A DNA stretch of 64,000 nucleotides from Vicugna vicugna (Eukaryota), in the NCBI GenBank assembly GCA_013265495.1, contig MU058009.1, forward strand, positions 1,304,001 to 1,368,000. Direction: 5' to 3'. Shown in pieces: positions 1-12,480 of this stretch. The notes beneath the pieces are model-generated. The model was not told where the DNA came from. It did not search any database and saw nothing but the letters and a program-made list of their open reading frames with translations. A program made the translations under genes and the position numbers. Numbering within the stretch: position 1 is the stretch's first letter; each line of letters begins with the position of its first letter.

Positions 1-1060
1 CGTGTAGGAAGAGCTGTGGGGAGTTGCTAGTGGGGGCGGGTGGACCAGGAAGGGCCTGATGGCACAGACATCTGGGTGGGAAGCAAGTCGGACAGCGCGA
101 CCCGGGCTGAGGACACGGCTGCGGGGTGCTAAGCTGTAGGAGACGTAATGAGACAGCCTGCAGCACTTGCTGATGGATTCGATTCCGAGAATAAGAGGAC
201 GTTTGCGGCCTGAGCCATTGGAAGAATGAGGGAAATGTTTCCTGATTTGGAAGCAATAGAGCAAAAAGCAAGTGTAGAAGGAAAAAATAAAATGAAAGAC
301 TTTTTTTGTTAGATTAGTCTGATATACCTATTTGACAGCCAAGTGGAGATGTCAAGGAACCAGTTTAATTTCCAAGCTCGAATTCATGATGGTGCGCAGG
401 GCTAGCAGTGTCCCTCCGGGAGCCATCACCCCAGAGATGGTGCATAAAGTCAGCTTGCCGAGGGAAAGAGAAAATGAGTGTAAGGAACAGCAGACTCGGA
501 GCCGACCTGGGAGCAGTCCAGCTCTTCCCAGTCAGGAAGAGAAGGGGAGGCAGCAAAGAAAAGTTGGACAGAATGGATAGCGAGCCGGAAGAGAAGCCAG
601 GCAAGTGGGGTGTTTCTGAGTCAAATGAAGATAGTTCTTTAAGGAGGAGCGGTCCCATGTCAAATGCTGCATAAAAACTGAGTAAAATGAAGATAATTGA
701 TCACTGGATCTGGTGAGATGAGTGTCTTTAGTGACCTTGACAAAAGCAGTCTCAACACAGTGGTGGGAAGAAGTCTTGATTAGAATGGGATAGTGAGTGG
801 ATGTATTTTAAGGACGTGGTGGCAACAAATACAGATGAAGATTTTTGATGTGAAGTCAGGAGAGGAATGAAGCAGGACAGAGGCAGTGGGGTTTAGCAGG
901 GGTTTAGCAGGGGTCAGGGAGGATTCTGGCTTTTGAGACGGAAGCAATTCCAGCCTGGGGTATCGAAGGAATGAACAATTCAAAGAGGAGAAAGATTGGC
1001 TGTTAATTTGGGGAGAAAAATCCCTTCAGAAGGCAAGGGTGGGTGGGGTCCTGTGCATGT
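1..1060 (-). mobile_element. LINE-2 (L2) remnant
   Basis: Purine-rich antisense L2 hallmarks: 'gacagccaagtggagatgtcaag', 'tgtcaaatgctgc', 'agtgaccttgacaaaagcagt'. Boundaries approximate. Confidence 0.75.
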
Positions 1061-1329
1061 GTGGGGAGAGTGACAGAGGGAAGGACTGATTCCAGGAGCA
1101 AAGCCGAGGCGTCAAAGCCAGGAGAAGCCCCTTCACAGGGAGGGCAGGGGAGGCGCGGCCCCAGCCACAGGCTCCTGTCTTTGCAGTAAACTGAAAAGCT
1201 AAGCCAACCCCAGAAGCCAGAGCAAGACGGAAAGTGAAAGCACAGCGTTCCCATGCGTTAGGAGAAGGCAGTGCAGGGGAGGAGAGGCGAGTTTCCCCTC
1301 TACCCGCCCGGGTTCTCCAACTGGTGCCT

Positions 1330-1818
1330 TGTTGGAGAAAAAGCATGAGAAAACAAGCAGAAGTTTACTAACACAGCCGTCCTGCGTGCTCAGAGGCGTG
1401 CTCAGGGATGAGCAACTCAAAGGGATGGTTAGAACTCGGGGCTTACATAGCATTTTAAAAAAACAACGATTTTGTAGAGAAGTAACAGACAAAAGAAGTC
1501 TTCGGCTTTTAGATGGCATGCTGTGGAAAGGCAAATGTGTAGGGGAATGGATGGAAGACAAGGCCGCCTTGTAAGGGTCGCTGTGCAGATCTGTGGGTTG
1601 CCAAGGGACTCTGGTTGCCTCTAGTGATTCACTTCTGTCCTTCCTGGTAGAGTGGGGAGCGGGGACACCTTTACAAATTGATGCCCTTCATTCAGGCCAC
1701 CAGGGGGAAGGGAGAAACCTTCTCTCATCTGTGCTTCTTCTCAATTGCCTTCTGTTCAAACCAATCCCTGCGCCACAATGGCACGATTTTGTGAGGCAAC
1801 TCACTCTGGACCGCTTTA
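1330..1818 (-). mobile_element. ERV1 solo LTR, MER34-like
   Basis: 'tgagcaactcaaagggatggttagaact', 'gtccttcctggtagag', 'cttcttctcaattgccttctgttcaaa...gccacaatggcacgatttt' resemble the reverse complement of MER34-group LTRs (recalled consensus). Confidence 0.6.
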
Positions 1819-2309
1819 GCAGAAAGGCTGCCTTTAGGGAATCTGGCTGCTTCCTGTCTCTGCTGATAGATGATTTCCAGAGTGCACTGCTTAGGCCAGG
1901 CCCACCTTGGGGCAAACTCATACACCTGAGCCTTACACCTCCCACCGCAAGGCTTCAGTGCAAACTGGCAGAGGGAGAGGGCAGACATGACTGTAAGTAT
2001 TGCTCAGATTTACAGTAACCAATAGGTCATGTGGATTACTGATTGATATAAGAAAGACTGTGACTGTTATCTTTTTAATTGGCTAATGGGTACGAGCCAG
2101 GTATTACATCCAGCATCTGAGGGTGTGGGAAATAGCCTAGAAGTATCCAGTTATCAGGGATAAGCCAGCTGGTGATCAGAACCTCATACGTCATTTGAAG
2201 CAGAATAACCACAACGAGGATGACTAAAAACTGTCAGTACGTGTAAGATAATTTGACAGAATAATGAGTGCTGTTAAATAGTTTTAAATTTTAACCTTTT
2301 AATTCTTTG

Positions 2310-2555
2310 CAGTTTAAAAATTGAGACATGTAAGATAATGCACAAATGCGAATGAAACATGTATATACTTTTTAACAAATAAGTGAATACCCTTGTAACG
2401 CCACAAAAGGCAAGAAACAACGGGAACAAAGTAACCCCATCCCCTTGTCCTGTAATCCATTCTGCTGCGTCTCCCCTAGAAATAACCACCACTCTGGCTT
2501 TAGCTACCATCTTTGGCAGGCTTTTCTTTGTAGTTAATCACCTGTAGAAGCATCG
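2310..2555 (-). mobile_element. old L1 (L1ME-like) 3' end fragment
   Basis: 'cccttgtaacgccac...aagaaac...cccctagaaataaccaccactctggcttt' typical of antisense L1ME 3' UTR. Confidence 0.55.
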
Positions 2556-2565
2556 CCAATGCTCT

Positions 2566-2688
2566 ACGCCCACCCACCCACTCACACACACCACCCCATA
2601 ACACACACACACTCACACAAATGCACCCCCCACCGCACACACACACACCCCACTACACACACACTCTACCACGCACACACACACACAC
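2566..2688. repeat. imperfect (CA)n/CAC-rich simple repeat
   Basis: Directly visible CA/C-rich tract. Confidence 0.9.
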
Positions 2689-3214
2689 TCTTCAAGGTTC
2701 TTCTGTGTCCTTCAACTTTCTTCTTCTGTCCGTTTCCCCCGTGGGTCCGGCCACCTACTTTTAGGTCTTAAAATAGGGATTCACAGCACTCCCCACTAAG
2801 GACTACGTTTCAGGGGACTGTGAGGGCAGGACTGAGCCAAGACGGTGCCAACCAGGCACTTGTTTGGATATGAACCTAACCTCTGCCACATTATTCAACC
2901 TCACACTTGAAGAAAGTCATCAAAGTACTGTTTTTATATGGACATACTTCCCAAGGAACCTTAGACCTTAAGCAATTTGTTTTCCCAGACCAGCTCTGGA
3001 GAAATTGCGGAGTTGGTAAAATGAATCTCTCTGTGCCAGTCACATCCCCAACCCCTCCTTTGGACAGCTGGTGCCCGGAGCGTTGTCTGGCTCTCCAGCA
3101 GGTGCCCACTCTTCCTTGAAAGGTTTCGAACTTAACTTTCCAAACCCCATTTCCTTCAAGACTGACTTCCGCTGTTTCTCATTCCTGAACTGCCTGATAA
3201 TCAGAGATGATGAC

Positions 3215-3360
3215 CACATGGCTAAAATCTACTTAAAGTTTTACTGTATTTCAAGTATTTTGCTGGGTGTTTTAGATCTTTGAATGCATTCTCTTGGTGT
3301 TAATCATACACAATAGATATTATCATTGTCCTCATTTCGCAGTTGAGAAAAAAACTCCAA
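3215..3360 (-). mobile_element. MIR SINE fragment
   Basis: 'tggctaaaatctac...ttatcattgtcctcatttcgcagttgagaaa' matches antisense MIR core. Confidence 0.55.
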
Positions 3361-3599
3361 TGTACCCAGGAAGAGTCATAAAGAATTTTGACTCTGATCT
3401 GGTCTACTATGTTATATTAGCTCATGAAAAGTAGTGGAGTATGTTATGATTTTTCTATGATTGGGAGCTAACACAAGCTCACGGGTTAGTAATGTGTGCC
3501 GCACAAATACCACAAGGTAATAACTATAATTTATAGTAAATTTATATTAGAAACAAAATAAAAGGATTATAAAAAAGGGAAGAGTTTAAAAGAGAGTTA

Positions 3600-4960
3600 A
3601 TAAACTATAAGATAGATCCACACAACTGACCACAATGGAACCCAGAAAAGCAGCAAGAAGAGAGGAGGGAAACAAACACAGAGAATAAAACAAGGAAGTC
3701 TGACGTATATAAACCATGTCCCAGAGTGAGAACACAGAGTGCAGGAAAGGCATTTCTTGAAGAAATAATTGTTGGGAATTTTCCAGACATGCATGAAGAA
3801 ATGAAAAAAAAAAAGGAGTTGTCCACTCCTCGGCACATTTTAATGAATTGGCAGAACAACAATGACAAATGGAAAATCTACATGCCTTAAGGAGAGAGAG
3901 TGAGAAAGAAGTGGGCGTAGGGGGAGAGACACACAGAGAGAGAGAAGCAAATTTACAATTAAATGACAAACAGACAGTGCAGGACAGTAGCCCCTTATCC
4001 TCGGGGGTGCACTTCAGGACCCCCCAGTGGACACCTGAAACTACAGATAATACTGGGAACCATACATACACTACATTTTTCCTATATGCATATACCTGTG
4101 TTAACATTTACTTTATAAATTAGGCACAGTAAGATATTAACAACAACAACAATAATAAAACAGAACAGTTATAAGAATGCAGTGTAATAAAAGTAATGTA
4201 AACGTGGTCTTCCTCTCTCCCTGAAAATATCTGACTGCAGCGTGCTCACCCTCTCCTTCTTGTGATGATGAGGACAGATAAAATGCCCACGTGATGCAGT
4301 GACGTGAGGGTGAATGACGCAGCATCAGGCTGATACTGACCTTCCGACAACACGTCAGAAGAAGGATGATTTGCCTCGTGATTTGGATCATGGCGCCGTG
4401 CCAATGTTGCTGATGTTGACGGGCTGATGTCTGGATGTTAGGAGCAGACGGTGCCAAAGGTTGGGGATCCCAGGATTGGCGGGACATTCCATCATGCTGC
4501 TCAGAATGGCGTGCAGCTTAAAGCTTATGAATTGTATATTTCTGGAATTTTCCATTTAAGATTTTTGGACTGAAGTTGACCACAAGTAACTGAAACCACA
4601 GATGAGAAAGGACCACTGTAGACGTTTCAAGAATGAAGTCAGAAGAGAGGGGACTAATCCCTTAAAAAAAAGAACTGAGAGAAAATAATTTTCCAAAGTA
4701 ATATTTCATTCCCAGAAAAACTATGTTTCAAGAATGAGAGTGACAGAGACATTTTCATAAAAACAAACCCTGAGTGAGTGTAAGACACACAGATGCTCAT
4801 GAAATACATTTCTGAAGAATTTATTCAGAGAAAAGAAAATCATCTTATAGACACGTTGATGTAAAAGGGGAAAACAGTAAGAAGTGAACCTGGGACACGT
4901 GAAGGTAAAACTGAAAAAAAAAATCAAGGCTTTAAATAAATAAAAATAATTAGTGAGATA
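3600..4960 (+). mobile_element. degenerate L1 ORF1 region, split by a MER44 insertion
   Basis: A-rich ORF1 motifs 'gaagaaataattgttgggaattttccagac' (left) and 'ttcccagaaaaactatgtttcaagaatgagagtga' (right) flank the MER44. Confidence 0.65.
3985..4618 (-). mobile_element. MER44 (Tigger7-derived TcMar non-autonomous DNA transposon)
   Basis: Termini 'cagtagccccttatcc' and 'gatgagaaaggaccactg' followed by TA; internal 'ttatgaattgtatatttctggaattttccatttaa' and 'ccccagtggacacctgaaac' match MER44. Confidence 0.88.
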
Positions 4961-5034
4961 AAAAAGGACAGAAATACAGCATTGTTTATGTTTAGTATGT
5001 AGACATCCTTGTCCTCACATATGCAAAGTTTGTG

Positions 5035-5500
5035 AGATTTGGTAATACAGTGAGCTAGGTTCTTGTACTGATCCCCCCACTGAAAACAACTGAAATTCTT
5101 AGATACATTTAAAAATTAAAGAAGTCCCTAAGGAATCAATATGCTGGTGCAAAGTTTAGTAATGCTCAGACCACAATCTGAATTATCCCTGGAAATACAG
5201 AAAGAGAATACTGCACTGCAGCCAGATTTCACCCAGAGAGGTGAAAATAGATGAATTTTAGTTCAGTTTTTACAGACTCTAGTGGCCAGAAAACAGATCA
5301 AATCTCAGACCCAGCCAAAGGTGGGAGTCTAACAACAGATCACACGTCTCCAAGTGCCAAAAGGTCTTAGTGAGGTGTGAGCAAGAAATGACCTCCCCCT
5401 CACTACCCGGCCCCAAAGCTTAGGGGAAAAAAAAAAGGCAATCTCAGAACTCTGCAATGAGTGGAAGGAAGAAAAATACTCCTATTAGAATTTTGAGTTC
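5035..5500 (+). mobile_element. old L1M 5' UTR fragment
   Basis: 'ccccccactgaaaacaactgaaattctt', 'cccagccaaaggtgggagtctaa' resemble L1ME-type 5' ends. Confidence 0.5.
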
Positions 5501-5504
5501 AGAA

Positions 5505-5830
5505 TAGAGGTGATACCTGGACCTACAGCCTTGGGGCCATCCTCACACAGGGGAGGGACAGGAATACCATAACTGATCATCTCACCAAAGGAAAGAAAAA
5601 GGTTGGGGGAGAAATGACCCAAGAATGAGATCTCGGGCAGCACCAGCATTTCAAAGGAGCCAGAGAAAACAGTCCAGCAAAGGAGACTGGGGAAGAGCAC
5701 TCCGAGAAATGAGAAAGATCTAGGAAAGGGAAAAATTGAGGAGTCTGAATAAGGACAAGCAATTTAAGAAGCTCAAATGTGGAAGAAGAATCACCCTTGG
5801 GATTTGCCAGCAGCCAAAGAGAATATTATG
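5505..5830 (-). mobile_element. L2 remnant
   Basis: 'cagcaccagcatttcaaagg...ccagcaaaggagactgggg' antisense L2 motif. Confidence 0.6.
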
Positions 5831-7332
5831 TTTGGAAAACACCCCATGGGTAATTATCTTCCGTCTCTTCACTGTGGAGATGACTTCATCTCCATAGTGA
5901 AGTCCTGGAAGAATTAAGTGTGTGTTGTGGGTGAGGGAGTGGCAGGTTGCCAGGATCTGAAAGATTGTGAAATCTATTGACAATCTATTGGCAAGATTGA
6001 AATCTATTGACTCTTTCGCCTCTCTGAGCATCTATTTATTCAACTATTAAAAAAAAAATCCAGCAGTTTGGTAGGAGGTTAAATAAGACAGTTCTATCAT
6101 GCACTTAGCAAAAAGCTGTCATGTTATGCCCTTAAGAGTTTGTTTTTCAATTCCTCAAGCCCCTTCGGGGCAGGGACCACTTCTGCTTTATTCCCTATGG
6201 CAGCCCCAGCAGTCCACGAACTGCCTGATACGCACAGGTAATTGATAACTATTTCTCGATCACATGAAAGAAATGTTGATATTGTAGCTGATTAACCAGA
6301 GATGCTTCCCTTAGTTCAGCTACTTTTTTGAAGTGATATTTTGGCATTAGAGCCCACATTTGGTACTAGATACAGACAGAGCAGCATCTGCTCCACGAGC
6401 CTAAAGTGCTTGCCGCAAAGTGGAACCCCATCTTCTCGTCTCTTAAGTGGACCATAAAAGTGTAGTTTCACATATTAGCTGCCCCTCCATCCAGACCACA
6501 CTGTCACTCTTTCTGCATCTGTTTGCAATCACTCATGTCACTATCCTTTGCAAGCAAGCAGAGGCGAGCTGCACAAAAAGGCGGCGAGGTGGTATGTGGT
6601 GCAAATTCCTCAACTCCTTGTGCTTCTCATTCAAGCTAAGCACAACTCAGCCCCTTAAAACAATGCAATTTCCTGATGTTCCAGCAGAATTTGTGGAGGC
6701 GGTTTTGAACTGCCTAGTGATGGCTGTCCCCCCGCCCCACCCCCTTGGAAACAAAACAAGTGTTTCAGTTCCAGATGGCTTGCGTGTTTGAGAATTTCAT
6801 TTGTTTTCATTTTTCTTCTAGTTTTTATGGTGAGTGAAAAACCAATGGGAGTTATCCAGCTGGACACGGCTAGTCTCAGGTCTTGACCTCACTGACCTGT
6901 TATGAGCCCCATTCTCTGCATAAAAGAAAGCTGAGTGTCTGAACAGGATGAATCCTGGCTCAGAAAGCCAGACTTCCAGAGTTCGAAGGAGCATCCAAGA
7001 TCATCTGGTGTAGCCTCCTTTCCACGCAGAGTAAAAACTGGAAACGAGGGAGGTGAGTGCTTGCCCACAGTCTTTTGAGGCTGAATGAGATTTAGCATCT
7101 CTTTGATCTAATGCTTCTTCCTTTCATTTCAAATGGTGTGGGTTTTAAGAGAAATACAATCCCCATGCTTCTGATTGAGTTACAGTCACCGAATCCAAAA
7201 ATCATTCTGCTGGAGCCTGTCAGTGCTCAAGCCACCCTCTGAGCAGGCGTTGGAGACTTTTGGAAATGTAAAGCAGTGGTATTTTTGCCCTGGCAAAGTA
7301 AAACCCCTTTGAACTGGGGCTTTTGTAGTGTC

Positions 7333-7377
7333 TGTGTGCGTGTGTGTGTGCGTGTGTGTGAGAGAGAGAGAGAGAGA
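7333..7377. repeat. compound (TG)n(AG)n microsatellite
   Basis: Directly visible. Confidence 0.95.
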
Positions 7378-8585
7378 ATTAGCTAAATAAAAAGGAACAG
7401 AAAGAAGAAGCTAAGACTTAGCACATAAATACTATCTTCTTCTAAGTTGAAGCTATGTTTTCTTGCTCTCATTGGCCGCCGATGAAGTCTGGCATGAGAC
7501 GCTGTGCCTTCCGGCTCCGTGTGAGGAAGGGAAAGCTCCAATAGCTGGAAGGTCCACTCCCAACACACCTGATCAGGTACAGATGATGGGCCATTTGATT
7601 TCTGGAATCTGCTGCCGTTGCCACGACCCCCTGTGGAACCCTGTCCCTTACAACCTGAGCGCACACCCTCACTTCTTCCCCCCAAGTTCACTTCTCCATC
7701 ATAACAAACCAACCCTGAGTGGCCTCCAGAGATGGGCAGTTTCCTCTGTCTGTCCTTCTGGAACCTAGAAGCAATCAACCTAGCTGAGCTGTATTTGTTC
7801 TATTAAAAATAGACATGGTGGGCAGCCCCTCACAAGAGTACACAGAGTCTGAAGCCGAGGCTGACCCTGTGAATTCCATTAGATACAGTGAAAGCCTTTT
7901 AGAGGGGCTGGTCACCAGGGAAGGTGGGCTCACGAAGGGCCCTGTGTCAGGAGATAAAGTGAATCAGGCACCAAGGGGCATCATGGTCACACCGTCACCA
8001 TGCCGGCCGTCAGCTTCCCACTACTGAGTTGCCTGACCCAGGACTGCCCAGGATGGACCTTTGTTTACTATCACCAAGCTACTGAGCAATGCCAGGGCTG
8101 AGAGACCCATTCACCAAGCTGTATGTGGCCTTGAGATAAAGCGATCAGATTTCTCCTTTTCCATCCACACGCTCCATAAACTCTGCCATACTTGGGCTTC
8201 ATTTCCTCTTTAATATCCACCTGGCTTCACGTAGGCACACATCTAGGTGTGGCGAGGCGGGGAGGGGGGGAAGTGGGTGACGCAGTAGGTGCCCACATCT
8301 GCTGCAGGGGTACCTCCTGGAGGTGGTTCTGTAGGAGGGGAACTCTGGTACTCAGACGTAGACTGAAGAGTGAGGACTGCATCCCAGTGAGAGAGCCCAC
8401 AGGTGAGTGTCTACATCACCATTGCTTTGTCTCCAGGGGGTTGAGATCATCAGTGGAGAAGTCAGTTCTAATATGGCTTTAGCATCCAGTTTCAAATGAG
8501 GGCACAAAAGATGCCAATCAGAGGGTTCCACGGTTCCGCATGGGCAGCTGGGCAGGGTACTTCTAGACTGCCATTTGATCCCAAG

Positions 8586-8800
8586 CAGTTTTCTCCATCT
8601 GGGCACTAGTGGCATTTTGTGCCAAATAATTCTATATAGAAGGGGACTGCCCTGTGCACGGTAGGGGGTTTAGAAGCATCCTGGTCCTCTATTCAATAGA
8701 TGTCGGTAGCAAAATCCCTCAGTGCTGTGACAATCAAAAATGTCTCCAGATATTGGCAGAGGGACCCCGGGGAGTAAAATCGCCTGGTGGAGAACCACTG
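8586..8800 (-). mobile_element. MER20 (hAT-Charlie) DNA transposon, near full length
   Basis: 'ttgtgccaaataattct','ccctgtgcac','gtgacaatcaaaaatgtctccagatattg','aaaatcgcc...gagaaccactg' follow the MER20 reverse complement end to end. Confidence 0.9.
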
Positions 8801-9149
8801 GCCTAAGGAGTCCACATGTATTTCACAGGGCCCACAAATGACCTGCAATCTGTGCCAAAAGCTGCGGACTGAACCCCTAGACCCAAACCAGGTCTGGCCC
8901 CTTCTCATCATTCCTGTCGTGTGGGAAGACCGCCCGGGGCCCAGGCACGGTCATGCCGGAGCACCCATTCTGCTCTCCCTTCGGAGAAGGAAGCAGAAGG
9001 AGACGGGGAGAAATGATCAAGAGAGGAAGCAAAGTATTTAAAAGTAAGCAGAGTCTGAGGGTGGGGAGGAAACACCTCTCTCAGACTTTGTCTCTCTGTA
9101 AATAAAGCCCCTGGGCTTTCTCAGGTCAGCCTCCCTCGGAGTCTGCTTT

Positions 9150-9425
9150 TCATTTGCGCGCCCCTCACCCGAGAGCCTGGCTTCTTCTCCGAGGTAATTT
9201 GACTTGATTACCTTCTGAAAAGGCAGGCAGAGCCGAGGAGCCCTGCGCTCATTTTACTTGTCACTTCCAGCTTGGCCTTAACTTGGGCTGAGCTGCGCCG
9301 CCCGCCCCCTTCCAGGAGCGCCGAGAGCCGGGCCCCAGCTCCCCGGGGCGGGGGGGGGGGCTGCTGGGAGGGGCCGCGGTCCTCTCTGCCCAGCCAGGCC
9401 TGCAGGGCCTGGAAGGCGGACTGCT
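9150..9425. promoter_or_regulatory. small CpG/GC-rich promoter-like island
   Basis: Dense CpG, GC boxes (ccgcccgcccc, ggggcgggg), G-run, non-repeat sequence; splice donors on both strands at 9193 and 9212. Confidence 0.6.
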
Positions 9426-10529
9426 GACACTTTTTGACCGAAAAAAATAAAAAAAGAAAAGGAAGAAAAGGGAACCACAGTTTATCAAAAGGCTGAAGCA
9501 GCACATTCCCCACCAGGGAGGACTTGGACTTTTCCCTTCGGTATCACCCCCAACTTGAATATAAAACAAAACGCAGGGATAGTGAAAAATCAGATTGTTG
9601 ATTTTGTGAGCATAAGACCCCGGGTTGTACTCTTTTTCTCTTCTTCCAGAATCTGGCTCATCACTGAGCACATAGAATTTTTTGATAAATATTTGTTAAC
9701 ATCGGTCTATGGGTAGAACCCATTCTAATGAGACCGTGTTGTGAGTGGTATTACATTTCCCCAAAATGTGATTATATAAATCTTGAGATTTATTGATATT
9801 TTCTTACATTGTACTAAAATATTACAGGATCAGATATTTGAAAAACACGAAATGCTCCACGGTCATTTCTCTGTATAATTTTGTTTATTTCACTTCTACC
9901 TTCCCTAAAAGGCTCATTGCAAGATTCTACATCCCTGAGAATTCTGAGAATTCTGATTGCCCGTTAATCCTCCTTTTCCTAATTGCTAGTGAATTTGGTT
10001 TCTAAACTAGAGATTGCAATTCGGCCACGTGTATTTTTTGATCAGTAGACTGGTTTATGTTTTCACTTTTATTTTTATTTTATGTGAATGTCTTTGTTAA
10101 CACCTGCCCTTGCCAGTTCTCCTCACGGCCACGTATCTCGGGAGCCTTTTGTCTAATGCTTCGTATCCTTACATTTCCTGTCTGGCTCCTGTTTGAAAAA
10201 TCCTCGTTTGGTGCCAAAGAAATAATACTTCAGATATGTAAATCCACACTGAATGAGCATTTCTGTTGTTAAAAATAGTCAACAATCAGCCATCTCACAC
10301 AGCTCATCTTGCAGTACAGGACCCCTGCCCTCTAAGAGATTAAAAAGGGAGTCTATCAACTCTTTGCTTCTAACTAGGAAGTGGCTCAATTCAGGATCCA
10401 TAATAGGTGATTAATAGTTCTCGCTTGATTAAGGCTTCAACATCTTTTAGTGTCAAAAAGGTTTGGGTTGGCTGAGATTTCAGATGTGGGCAGCTGTGTG
10501 AGGAGGTGGAGAAAAAGAGAAGCCAAAAG

Positions 10530-10760
10530 CATGGGACTTGGGCTCAGACGAGCTTTGGCTTTAGAACGAGATCAAACCATGTGTGTCCTCGGGCAAGCGA
10601 TTTGTCCCCTTGGGCCTTGGTTTCTTCATCTGTAAAGCTCAAACGACGGCAACAACGTGGCTCTCGTAGAGTTTGTGGGAGGAGTGCTGTGTACGAGGAG
10701 CTGAATGCAAAGCCTGGCACTTACTAAGCACTTGTGAGATGCCAGCTGCCATTAACATCT
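10530..10760 (+). mobile_element. MIR SINE
   Basis: 'tgtgtcctcgggcaag...ccttggtttcttcatctgtaaa...gcctggcacttactaagcact'. Confidence 0.8.
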
Positions 10761-11619
10761 TCATAAATATCACTATTAACAGCTAATTATGAAGTAAGAA
10801 GACAAACGCAAATATATGATAGAAGCAACAACTCTGTCTCCTTAAAAACCCAAAAGAGACCTACAAAGGGTAAGACTCGAGCACTTTCTTATTCCACGAG
10901 GCTGTGTCTATGTGATGTGTGAGTGTGTGTCTGTGGTCTTTGCATCTTCCTGTGAGAGTGTGTGTGCACTGCGTGTTGAGAGCATACGGACGGGGGTGGT
11001 TTCTTGCATTCAATTTTATTTTTACATGTTACCCCAATTTGACAACGGAAAAGAACTCTCGAGGTTAAGTATCACAGGGAGAAGAAACTCATGGTTGAGA
11101 AAGAGCCAGTCTTTGTCACATTCTGTTGGCTCAAGATCGTGAAAATTAAGTATAGGAATGTTACTTTCTTTCTTTCTTTTTTTTTTCTTCTGGCAAATGG
11201 AAAGGCCAAAGCTCAGAACTGTTGGAAGTGACAACCCAATTAATCAGGCTCCGTTCTTCAAACTAGGCATTGAAGCTGCCCGTGATTGTGAAAGTTTTAA
11301 ATGACCCCTTTGTCCTCAGTAGCACCGAAGTGGAATTCTTGTGGGATCGCCTGCTTCTTGGCACCTGGTATCTGACCAGCAAAAATGTAGGCAAGAAGTT
11401 CTTTTCAAAAAGAGGTCAAGCTGTGTATTTGTTTCTTCTGAAAGAAAACGTAAAAGACGTAATTGTCCAGAAACACAGCTGGTTTATCAAACTACACTAT
11501 ATGCCCCAGGCACGCATCTCTCCACAAATAAGAGAGTCCAGGTAGACTTGTGAATGTCGGCTCCGTCCCTTACAGCGGCAGCAGAAGAGAGAAGTTATGA
11601 TATGCACAGACTCTTACAG

Positions 11620-11800
11620 CGGGGAGCAGTGAGAAATCTTAGAATCCTATTCCAATCCCCTTCCCTTCCACTCCCCAGGGTTTTTTTTTACCAGATAGTA
11701 AAATGGAGAACAGAGAGGTAAAATTATGTGCCTAAGATAACACAGGCAGAAGCAGTGAGAATGAGAACCACGATCTCTTACCTTCCAGCTCAAGGTCCCT
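11620..11800 (-). mobile_element. MIR/MIR3 fragment
   Basis: 'cagatagtaaaatggagaacagagaggtaaaattatgtgcctaagataacaca'. Confidence 0.6.
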
Positions 11801-12319
11801 GCATCTTAATGGCGCCTCCCACAACCAAGACCTGTGAATTCTCTTCCTCCATTTATATCAACTCAGAGCTACATCCTGCTTAGTACTTCCGGACATTTTA
11901 TCTAAATTATATTCCTGGCTAAATAACTGTGAAATTGGTACAATTGGTTGGACAAGGATCACTGGCACTTTACGCATGAGGAAGCAGAGACTCAGAGACG
12001 TTCGGGGCTTGGTCTAAAGTTACAAAAACCTGAGCTCCTTACCCAGGTAGCCCCATTCCAAATCGATTTTGTTCTAGGATGGGCTGAAATCATTTCAAAA
12101 GATACGTGGCAGGAAACAGAGCTGTTACATGATTTTTCTGCAGTTATACAGCCACCTCAGATTAAACAGCTTTTCCCTGGAAACTGAGTGACTGATAATC
12201 AAGGCTTTTTATTGCCACAGAAAGAAAACGTCCACAATGATAACCTGTAACTTGAACACCAAGGAAGGCAAAACATCCCTGGCTTGCCGACAGCTTGCTC
12301 AGTGAGCGCTTTTTGCTTT

Positions 12320-12480
12320 TTGTCACTTAGTATGTACTCAAGAACCTTGCTGGGCACTTTATTTAAAATTTATTGCATTTGAACTCAGAGAGTTAAACAG
12401 CACCAATCCTTTTTTTTTTTTTCCAGATGAGGAATTGAAGCTTTGAGAGGACAATAAACTTCCCAAATCATATTACCAAG
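12320..12480 (-). mobile_element. MIR fragment
   Basis: 'ttccagatgaggaattgaagctttgagagg...aacttcccaaatca'. Confidence 0.6.

Noticed and set aside
3586..4107. 173-aa hydrophobic ORF
   Set aside because: Antisense to A-rich L1 ORF1 and MER44; composition artefact.
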